From: Xanthobacteraceae bacterium
GTDB taxonomy: Bacteria; Pseudomonadota; Alphaproteobacteria; Rhizobiales; Xanthobacteraceae
Length of the DNA stretch: 64,000 bases
Assembly (NCBI GenBank): GCA_035651875.1
Contig: DASRET010000080.1
Coordinates: 13,790-77,789 of the forward strand
Direction: 5' to 3'
Part shown: piece after piece, positions 57,619 through 64,000 of the stretch
Layout of the letters: each line of letters opens with the position of its first letter
Numbering within the stretch: the stretch's first letter is position 1
Program-made: the position numbers and the translations under genes
The notes under the pieces: generated by a model
What the model was told of the DNA's origin: nothing
The model's input: only the letters and a program-made list of their open reading frames with translations
The model's database searches: none

Positions 57619-58137
57619 ATGACCAAATATTCCGCGCCGGCCGCGGCGTTCGCGGCGGCTGTCCTGATCGCCGCCGTATTGGCGGCTCGCGCCCAACCGG
57701 CGCCGCCCGGGCCGCAAGCCGCTCCGGCGCCCGCCGGACCGACCGCCGCGCCCTACGCGATGACCATGGGCGACCTGATGAACACGCTGGTGCAGCCGCG
57801 CCACGCCAAGCTCGGGCTTGCCGGCCAGGCGCACAACTGGCCGCTTGCCGGCTACGCGCTGGTCGAAATCCGCCAGGCCTTCGCTGGCATCGCCAAAGCC
57901 ATCCCGAAATTCCGCGGCTATCCGGTCGCCGAACTCGCCGATGCGGCGCTGAGCCAATCGGAGAGCGCCTTGCAGGGCGCCATCAAGCTGCAGGACCCGC
58001 AAAAATTTGCCGCCGCCTACGACCAGCTCACCCAAGGCTGCAACGCCTGCCACGCCACGCTCTTCCACTCGTTCGTGGTCATCAAGGCGCCCGACGCCTC
58101 GGCGTTTCCGAATCAGAAGTTCAATACCGGGCCTTGA
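57619..58137 (+). CDS. Periplasmic class II (cytochrome c'/c556-like) c-type cytochrome candidate
   Basis: Signal MTKYSAPAAAFAAAVLIAAVLAARA, a helical ~120-aa body, and a single C-terminal CxxCH (...LTQGCNACHATLF...). Confidence 0.55.
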   Translation: MTKYSAPAAAFAAAVLIAAVLAARAQPAPPGPQAAPAPAGPTAAPYAMTMGDLMNTLVQPRHAKLGLAGQAHNWPLAGYALVEIRQAFAGIAKAIPKFRGYPVAELADAALSQSESALQGAIKLQDPQKFAAAYDQLTQGCNACHATLFHSFVVIKAPDASAFPNQKFNTGP

Positions 58138-58260
58138 ACCCGCGCCCGGCGCGACCGACACAAAGCGGCGCCGCGGGCAGGCCGATTGCAAATTCCGTTT
58201 ATCAGGTCATGCTCAGGACGGGCGCGCCACGATGATGGGCGTGGCGCGTGCGGGGCATCG

Positions 58261-58863
58261 ATGGCGGACAACAAACCCGCGGACAAAGACGCAGCCGAGC
58301 CGGCGCCGCATTATCACGGCCATCGCGAGCGGCTGCGCGACCGCTTCCGCGGCGCCGGCGCCGATGCGCTCTCGGACTACGAGCTGCTCGAGCTCCTGCT
58401 GTTCCGTGCCTTGCCGCGGCGCGACGTCAAGCCGCTCGCCAAAGCGCTGCTCGAGACGTTCGGCTCGTTTGCCGAAGTCATCACCGCGCCGCCGTCCCGG
58501 CTTGCCGACGTCAGGGGCATGGGCGATGCCGCGATCACCGAGTTGAAGATTGTGCAGGCTGCGGCCAGCCGGCTCTTGCGCGGCGAAGTCAAGAAGCGGC
58601 CGGTGCTGTCGTCATGGTCGGCGGTGCTCGACTATTGCCGCACCGCGCAGGCCTTCGCCGACCGCGAGCAGTTCCGCATCCTGTTCCTTGACAAGCGCAA
58701 CCAGCTGATCGCCGACGAGGTGCAGCAGACCGGCACCGTCGACCACACCCCGGTCTATCCCCGCGAAGTGGTCAAGCGCGCGCTGGAATTATCCGCCACC
58801 GCGATCGTGCTCGTGCACAACCATCCTACTCAGTCATTTTCAGTCACGCTCAGTCACGCGTAA
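58261..58863 (+). pseudogene. radC: radC (JAMM-family) truncated inside the H-x-H-P motif by island insertion
   Basis: Normal RadC sequence runs up to ...[14 protein letters not shown], then [11 protein letters not shown]-stop. The expected SG...PS..D half of the motif and the C-terminal ~40-50 aa are missing. Confidence 0.75.
58830..58856 (+). repeat. Three TCAGTCA direct repeats with 10-bp phasing at the island junction
   Basis: TCAGTCAtttTCAGTCAcgcTCAGTCA at 58830-36, 58840-46 and 58850-56, starting 4 nt after the last radC-like codon. Confidence 0.8.
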
Positions 58864-58986
58864 TCACTGCAAATCATCCTGATTTTATTGCACATCCGCA
58901 CGCTCGGGTGTACGCCTCGTTCCTGAGCAGCGGCGCAAAAACCGCCCCCAATTAGCGTCCCCTGTTCGCGACGGATGGTGCGTGGG

Positions 58987-60228
58987 ATGACGAGCCTCAC
59001 CGACAGCGTGATTAAACACGCCATTAAGCGCGTCGAGCGATCGCGCCGGCAAACCGTGCTTGCTGATGGCGATGGACGCGGCACGGGCCGCTTGGTCCTC
59101 ATCGTTAAGGCGATGCCTAAGCGCGTCACCGCCGAATGGATGGCGCAGCAGTGGCGCGACAGTCGGCGGATAAAGTCCAAGATTGGAGACTACCCTACCC
59201 TTTCGCTTGCCGACGCACGCGAAATTTTCAAACGTGACTTCGCTCAGGTCATACAGCGAGGCGCGAGCATCAAGACCGCAAGTGACGCCCGGCCAGGTAC
59301 AGTCGGCGACCTGTTCGACGGCTACATTGCCCATTTGAAGGATACGCAGAAATCATCGTGGAGAGAGGCCGAGAAAGGCCTCAACAAAATTGCCAAGACA
59401 CTCGGGCGCAATCGGCTTGCGCGCGATATCACACCAGACGATGTGCTCGACGTTATTCGGCCGATATGGGAGCGCGGTAAGCGCGCCATGGCGGACCATG
59501 TGCGCAGCTACATCCGCTCAGCGTATTCATGGGCGATCAAATCGGAACACGACTACCGCAAGACATCGCCGCGCCGCTTCAAGATGGTCGCCAATCCGGC
59601 CGCCGGCATTCCAACCGAACCTAAGGTGCCAGGCACCCGCTGGCTCGACGAAGCAGAGTTTGTGCAGCTCTACCGCTGGCTCGAATGCCCTGACGCTCCC
59701 GTGCATCCGCCCTACACGCGCGCGGTTCGCATTCTGATGCTGACGGGGCAGCGCGTGGAGGAGATCGCACGGCTACACGTTGATCAATGGGACGCCAAAG
59801 AACGGATTATCGACTGGTCTCGGACCAAGAACGGGCAACCGCACGCAATCCCGGTCCCGGTGCTTGCCGCCGAGCTCATTGAGGGAATAATCCCAAACCA
59901 GTACGGCTGGTTTTTCCCTTCAGCCACGGACCCCTCACGGCCAGTGAGCCACAAGACGCTGTACGCGTTCATGTGGCGCCAGCGGCAGCGCGATGTGATC
60001 CCGTTCGTTACCAACCGCGACCTCCGCCGCACGTGGAAGACCCTCGCCGGGAAGGCTGGTGTGCCCAAGGAAATCCGGGATCGTATTCAAAACCACGCCC
60101 TCCAGGACGTGAGCTCGAGGAGCTACGACCGCTGGACCTATATGCCCGAAAAGCGCGCCGCCATGGAGCGATGGAACACCTTCGTCCTATCCCTGCTCCA
60201 CAAGCCGCGTCTGACGATTGCCGCTTAG
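58987..60228 (+). CDS. Tyrosine-type site-specific integrase (P4-like, DUF4102-type N-terminus)
   Basis: N-terminus ...LTDSVIKHAIK...LADGDGRGTGRLVLIVKA...IGDYPTLSLADAREIF.... Catalytic blocks ...LMLTGQRVEEIARL..., ...HAIPV..., ...RDLRRTWKT..., ...IQNHAL...SYDRWTY.... Confidence 0.9.
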   Translation: MTSLTDSVIKHAIKRVERSRRQTVLADGDGRGTGRLVLIVKAMPKRVTAEWMAQQWRDSRRIKSKIGDYPTLSLADAREIFKRDFAQVIQRGASIKTASDARPGTVGDLFDGYIAHLKDTQKSSWREAEKGLNKIAKTLGRNRLARDITPDDVLDVIRPIWERGKRAMADHVRSYIRSAYSWAIKSEHDYRKTSPRRFKMVANPAAGIPTEPKVPGTRWLDEAEFVQLYRWLECPDAPVHPPYTRAVRILMLTGQRVEEIARLHVDQWDAKERIIDWSRTKNGQPHAIPVPVLAAELIEGIIPNQYGWFFPSATDPSRPVSHKTLYAFMWRQRQRDVIPFVTNRDLRRTWKTLAGKAGVPKEIRDRIQNHALQDVSSRSYDRWTYMPEKRAAMERWNTFVLSLLHKPRLTIAA

Positions 60229-61269
60229 GCTGACGCAGCCGCGGCTCCCGTCGATTTCTCTACCAACGGCAACAGGGGTGTAGTGCTCATCGAAAAGCCC
60301 GAGGACATTTGGATTGTAAAATTTTTGTTTTGCAGTCCTCGGATTTTTCGCGTCAAGACGGCGAGTATGACAGTAGCGCGTGTCACGCTCAGCTGCCTTT
60401 CTTATCCTGTGGAACTTTTCACTCTCTTTGAAATCCGAATAGCGCCGGCGCAGCGCACGTCGTAAATCTGCGTATGTCCACGGAAAGGCCTTACGCGCAT
60501 CCTCTTCTGTAATCGTTATCGGAACCGCCTGCGGATCGCCGGGCGCTACGCGCACGGTAATTGCGCCATCAGTCGCCTTGCGAGAAAATCGTAATTCGAT
60601 CTCGACCCCCACGTTGAACGGGCGCATGGGGTCAAAAGGGTTTGCCTGCGTGGCGTCGGTCAGCAGCTTCCGCAATCTTGCAGTGGGTCCTTTCACATCA
60701 TCCGCAAAAACGGTTTGGAGAATGCCAGCCGGGGACTCAAAGGCGAACGGCATCAAGGCAAAATCGTACTCACTCAGATTGCGGCCAAACCATTCGCGCG
60801 CCGCAAAGGAGAAGTTGCGGAGTGCCGCTGATCCTATCTCTTGAACTCGTTTTTGCAGACCGCGCCCGGCGTTGTGAAAATGAATTGCGTTATCACGAAT
60901 TTCCATCAACAGAGCAAGATTCTCCATGCCGCGCTGATCGATGGGGTTTTTTGGATACTGACGGACAACCTCGGCCGCGGCGAGTATACCGATGGTCATC
61001 GGATTTCCCGCTCTATTTCGCTTGGGCGTCAGCTTCTTCGACGGCTCGCCTGCCTTTGTCGTCTTCCGCTCCCAGACCTCAATACTCGCAATTCGGTTGT
61101 GATTCTCTTTGAGTATTCTCGCCTTCAGCAGCAGCTCCCAGGCATTCAACATAAGAACCGCGAAACTTTCTTCACGGTACCGGAAGGCGGGCTTGTTGTA
61201 GATTTCGATGGCGCCGACTGCCGCATCGATCGCCTTGTCCAAAAGAGAAATGTACCGAGGGGGGCGCAT
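60187..61269 (-). CDS. DUF3644-like protein
   Basis: N-terminus ...LLDKAIDAAVGAIEIYNKPAFRYREESFAVLMLNAWELLLKARIL... matches my recollection of the DUF3644 signature. 360 aa. Its 3' end overlaps the integrase 3' end by 42 nt. Confidence 0.65.
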   Translation of the reverse strand: MRPPRYISLLDKAIDAAVGAIEIYNKPAFRYREESFAVLMLNAWELLLKARILKENHNRIASIEVWERKTTKAGEPSKKLTPKRNRAGNPMTIGILAAAEVVRQYPKNPIDQRGMENLALLMEIRDNAIHFHNAGRGLQKRVQEIGSAALRNFSFAAREWFGRNLSEYDFALMPFAFESPAGILQTVFADDVKGPTARLRKLLTDATQANPFDPMRPFNVGVEIELRFSRKATDGAITVRVAPGDPQAVPITITEEDARKAFPWTYADLRRALRRRYSDFKESEKFHRIRKAAERDTRYCHTRRLDAKNPRTAKQKFYNPNVLGLFDEHYTPVAVGREIDGSRGCVSLSGNRQTRLVEQG

Positions 61270-61687
61270 TTTTACGTCGAAGCTGTCGATCTATATCCGC
61301 ATCTTACATGATGAATGCTCGTTATACTAGAACAGCGATTTATCATGGTGTGCGGCCCTCAAGGTGTGCGAACAAAACACGTAGCATTCACCCAGCGATG
61401 GGCCGCATTAAGTCCCATAAGATCCCACTTCGACTGGTGCGATACCGGGCGCGAGGTGGAGGCGCGCCGTTTCGGAACCCCTCGCCGGGGGCAGTCGGTC
61501 CCGCGTCCCGCCTTTAGCGGCGCTATGCTGACGCTCCTGCGGCTGCCCTGTTAACCGGTCGCGGGGCTAGCGAATGGTCTCGCTTTCTGCCCGATGGCAC
61601 TCGCCCATACGCCCATCGTTCCGCTCAGCTATTCAGCCGAGCGCCAGTGATCAGGGATTCTCTTGTTGTTGAGATGCCGTACACGGG

Positions 61688-61849
61688 CTACGAGCGGGTG
61701 ATGACCGTTCTTTTAGCCCATCCGATCGCCTCATGCTGAGTACTGGATGTGTGCAACACATGGTCCGCGTGATCTTCGACCACATAATCGTCGATATGAG
61801 TTCCTTCAGGACGGCCTTTCGGCCGCGCCTCGCTATACACATTCGCCAT
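61688..61849 (-). CDS. Small DUF2188-like protein (53 aa)
   Basis: SD GGAGGAG lies 6 nt upstream of ATG 61849. MANVYSEARPKGRPEGTHIDDYVVEDHADHVLHTSSTQHEAIGWAKRTV loosely fits the DUF2188 pattern (...T..eAi..Ak). Confidence 0.45.
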   Translation of the reverse strand: MANVYSEARPKGRPEGTHIDDYVVEDHADHVLHTSSTQHEAIGWAKRTVITRS

Positions 61850-61921
61850 AGCGTTCTCCTCCGTTCTCTCTACATGGCTCAGCCAGGGCACGCCTGTCGG
61901 GTTGAACTCTACTAACTTCAC

Positions 61922-63046
61922 TCATGCCGCCGCCTGAACGGCTTTCGGTTCGATGCCGATTTTGGACGAAAGCACTTCGGCCATAGCTCGCCTTGTTTGG
62001 TGAGAGTTACGAACCGTCAGTTTCGTCTCGCCTTTCTTGTTCACAGCAGGCACAATGATGCCAGCCTTCTGGAACACAGGATTGGTCCACGCGAAGAAAT
62101 TGTACGTTTTGCCCTTTTCATCCTTTTCCTTAGCCGCCAGCTTCCTGAGGACCTCAAGGTTTAGTTTCGCGTCATAGAGCCGACGAGCAAGTCGGATATA
62201 CCCCTGGATTGCTATCGCCCATCCGGCGAGAGATTCCCTGCGCGATCGTTGCCGCTCCGGCAGAGGAAGCCGCTTAAGTTCAGGAAGCACCTCAACCAGC
62301 TTTTCCCAGAATGACAAGAACCAGGTGACCACCTCTTCTACATCGCCGCTGGGAGTGTCTGCCCATGCCTCTTCGAAACCGGCAGCAAAGGTATTGAAGG
62401 CGGCCAGCCGTGGATTCTTGATCGAAAGATTGTTAGTAACAGTTTCCACATTAGCCTCGCCTAGATGGGGCGAGCGTCGGACGATTTCGCGCGCAATTTT
62501 TTGACCTTCGTTCTTCTGCGCGAGCCATTTCGAACGCGTAGCATCGGCTTTATCATGTTCCATATTCATCGCGTAAAAGATTGAGTTTTCGAATTCCTCC
62601 GGGACACGCCAGATTCTCAACGAAAAACGCCGTCCCGGATCGAAGCTCGAACCGGCCGCAACGGATTCGACTGCACGTCTAATTGCGTGATGACGGTGAA
62701 CCGAGTCGGGAAGATAAGCTGTCCCACTCCTGACCACGAGGGTGCCGTGCGCCGGGTTCTCCTGATCTGGGACGAATTCGATGTCCGAGTGTTGCGGACG
62801 AAAATTCCATGTGAGCTGACCGAAGATGGCTGTGTCGTCCTGCAGCTCCCGTGTCCAGCGCTCCACCTTGTCGGTTTTCAGCACGTACTTGCCGGTAACA
62901 GAGTTCTTGCCGCGCTGACGTTCGGGGTCGACCTCTAGCAGGCCGTATTTGAAAGCCTTTGCGATATCCCGCGCCGTGATCGTGGTGTCCCAGCAGTCCT
63001 GTCCGCCATCGCGGGTAATCACAACGTTTGTAATCCGTGTTTCCAT
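61922..63046 (-). CDS. DGQHR/DndB-like (ParB-sulfiredoxin fold) family candidate with divergent core motif
   Basis: SD GGAGGAA lies 7 nt upstream of ATG 63046. Ordered blocks are ...EVDPERQRGK..., ...GTAYLPDSVHRHHAIRRAV..., ...FYAMNMEHDKADATRSKW..., followed by a ~200-aa helical C-terminal half. Confidence 0.55.
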   Translation of the reverse strand: METRITNVVITRDGGQDCWDTTITARDIAKAFKYGLLEVDPERQRGKNSVTGKYVLKTDKVERWTRELQDDTAIFGQLTWNFRPQHSDIEFVPDQENPAHGTLVVRSGTAYLPDSVHRHHAIRRAVESVAAGSSFDPGRRFSLRIWRVPEEFENSIFYAMNMEHDKADATRSKWLAQKNEGQKIAREIVRRSPHLGEANVETVTNNLSIKNPRLAAFNTFAAGFEEAWADTPSGDVEEVVTWFLSFWEKLVEVLPELKRLPLPERQRSRRESLAGWAIAIQGYIRLARRLYDAKLNLEVLRKLAAKEKDEKGKTYNFFAWTNPVFQKAGIIVPAVNKKGETKLTVRNSHQTRRAMAEVLSSKIGIEPKAVQAAA

Positions 63047-63176
63047 GTCGAATTCCTCCAAAATAAGAAGGGCTTAGGCCCGAGGCGCTGGTACGCGTTA
63101 TTTTTACTGCATTAGGGTCCAGTACGTATACTTGAACCTCCATATATAGCATGAGCTCATCTGTGTAAATAGCAAA

Positions 63177-63198
63177 GTACGCAAACTTTTTTGCGTAC
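63177..63198. promoter_or_regulatory. 9-bp perfect inverted repeat in the divergent promoter region
   Basis: GTACGCAAA-cttt-TTTGCGTAC in the AT-rich 269-nt spacer between the DGQHR-like gene and the ATPase gene. Confidence 0.4.
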
Positions 63199-63315
63199 CG
63201 CTGTTGAGTAATCATGCAGCGGGTGATATTTGATGGTTAATTCGCGCGGTGCGGGTGGAGCTCCGGGGAGTCCTCGTGCCATTAAGTCGACGGTCCCCGG
63301 GCCTGGGGAGTTACA

Positions 63316-64000
63316 ATGCCAAAATGGGAGTTTGAACGGCTTCCACCTGCCCTTGTTGAGCAAGGCCTTACGCAACGAGACCAATTTAATAATGACGACG
63401 TTGAGCTTGCCGAGGCGCTTGTCCGGGAGGTCATCCAAAATTCCAACGATGCGGCAGCGGGAGGAGGAGGCGTTAAGGTTCGCTTTGGCATCCGGAGTTT
63501 AGGAACCGGCGAGGCTCTACGCCTACGCCAATATTTCACCGATCTACTGCCGCACCTCGCAGCGTGCAGCATTGACCCAGCTCCCCTTACGCGTCCGGAC
63601 GTGCGCGTTCTGGTAATTGAAGATTTCGGCACCAAGGGCCTGACCGGCAGTCCCGCTGCACGCGATAACGACAACTTCGATCGTTTTTGGCGCCAACACG
63701 GAATTTCTGGAAAGGGCGGCCGTGCCGGCGGCAGATGGGGTCTCGGAAAGCTTGTGTTTTCCTCAGCTTCGGAAATCAGGGCTTTCTTCGGGTTGACCAT
63801 CAGAATCGGGCAGACGCAGCCGCTTTTGATGGGCCAAGCCGTTCTTTCAAATCATCAGCTCGCAGGCGTTCGCTATCCAGCACACGGATTCTGGTTCGCA
63901 GATCGAGCGGCAGACAATCTTCAGCTGCCCATCACAGACGCCACCGTTATCTCCGCCCTTGCTAACCTTGCCGGTGTCAGCAGGACGAACCAACCGGGGC
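63316..64000 (+). CDS. GHKL (Bergerat-fold, Hsp90/MutL/MORC-like) ATPase, N-terminal 228 codons; continues beyond window end
   Basis: Not in the ORF track because it is open-ended. SD GGGGAG lies 5 nt before ATG 63316, and I translated to nt 64000 with no stop. N box ...LVREVIQNSNDA..., DxGxG-type ...VLVIEDFGTKGLTG..., G2 ...GKGGRAGGRWGLGKLVFS.... Confidence 0.7.
   Translation, partial: MPKWEFERLPPALVEQGLTQRDQFNNDDVELAEALVREVIQNSNDAAAGGGGVKVRFGIRSLGTGEALRLRQYFTDLLPHLAACSIDPAPLTRPDVRVLVIEDFGTKGLTGSPAARDNDNFDRFWRQHGISGKGGRAGGRWGLGKLVFSSASEIRAFFGLTIRIGQTQPLLMGQAVLSNHQLAGVRYPAHGFWFADRAADNLQLPITDATVISALANLAGVSRTNQPG

Larger units (their letters stand above)
58827..64000. mobile_element. Integrated genomic island (left end and first ~5.2 kb; right end beyond window)
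   Basis: radC reading frame breaks, G+C drops visibly, and a P4-type integrase lies next to the junction. The cargo genes are unrelated to the flanking housekeeping genes. Confidence 0.75.

Noticed and set aside
58864-58986. Search for a tRNA/tmRNA gene or fragment next to the integrase (the usual target of P4-like integrases)
   Set aside because: I could not fold a cloverleaf or find a T-arm/acceptor-like sequence. The junction instead lies inside radC.
61308-61554. Two overlapping + strand ORFs (69 and 79 aa) in the island spacer
   Set aside because: No SD and no recognisable motifs, and they overlap each other in different frames. The region is treated as non-coding, with the caveats given in the findings.
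63282-63800. 172-aa - strand ORF and the 62679-63215 (-) and 63157-63438 (-) ORFs around the divergent promoter
   Set aside because: They lie antisense to, or overlap, the GHKL ATPase and DGQHR-like genes, which have strong SD sequences and family motifs. Their translations are Arg/Ser/Pro-rich with no motifs.
1-64000. CRISPR arrays, rRNA, tRNA, IS transposases
   Set aside because: I found no regularly spaced 25-40-bp direct repeats, no rRNA-like or tRNA-like stretches, and no transposase-like ORFs by eye. A tRNAscan/Infernal run would be needed to exclude small RNAs formally.

Overview
High-G+C chromosomal window. Gene order and the intergenic REP families suggest an alphaproteobacterium of the Bradyrhizobiaceae/Nitrobacteraceae type, but that is inference only. 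I can support about 62 coding regions. I saw no rRNA, tRNA or CRISPR array. Layout by region: (1) 1-23 kb is a housekeeping block: large NAD-glutamate dehydrogenase (open at the window start), AhpD-like protein, EstA-like autotransporter esterase, OmpA-family protein, mutM, ubiE-ubiB, coaBC-dut, an orphan PAS histidine kinase, a COG0523 GTPase and an LVIVD-repeat protein. (2) 23-37 kb holds a MntA/HepT toxin-antitoxin pair whose HepT toxin is frameshifted, followed by a transport/catabolic block. That block has one NitT/TauT-type ABC importer, six of the window's seven orphan Bug/TctC-type binding proteins (the seventh is at 51 kb), a Rieske oxygenase and a beta-hydroxyacid dehydrogenase. (3) 37-41 kb is a visibly lower-G+C accessory patch: a lipoprotein, a DUF4189-like protein, a TolB N-domain-only protein and a tandem RidA. 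It ends at a ~98-bp duplicate of the yghU 5' end, and the two repeat copies bracket a DUF47-Pit phosphate module. (4) 44-58 kb carries a 951-aa autotransporter, a small lower-G+C patch, an ICL/PEP-mutase-GNAT-SDR-Bug cluster, an alpha/beta-hydrolase-LuxR fusion with a Ser-to-Ala nucleophile, sfsA, map, and an uncharacterised four-gene membrane/cytochrome operon. (5) From about 58.83 kb a lower-G+C island with a P4-type integrase interrupts radC inside its JAMM HNHP motif. The visible cargo is a DUF3644-like protein, a DGQHR/ParB-fold-like protein with a DUF2188-like partner, and a divergently transcribed GHKL (Bergerat-fold) ATPase that runs off the window end. This last module is my best candidate for an undescribed defence/conflict system, but it is truncated by the window and no homology search could be run. 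All family assignments come from motif recognition by eye. Many long Arg/Ala-rich ORFs in the track are antisense shadows of real genes and were rejected.
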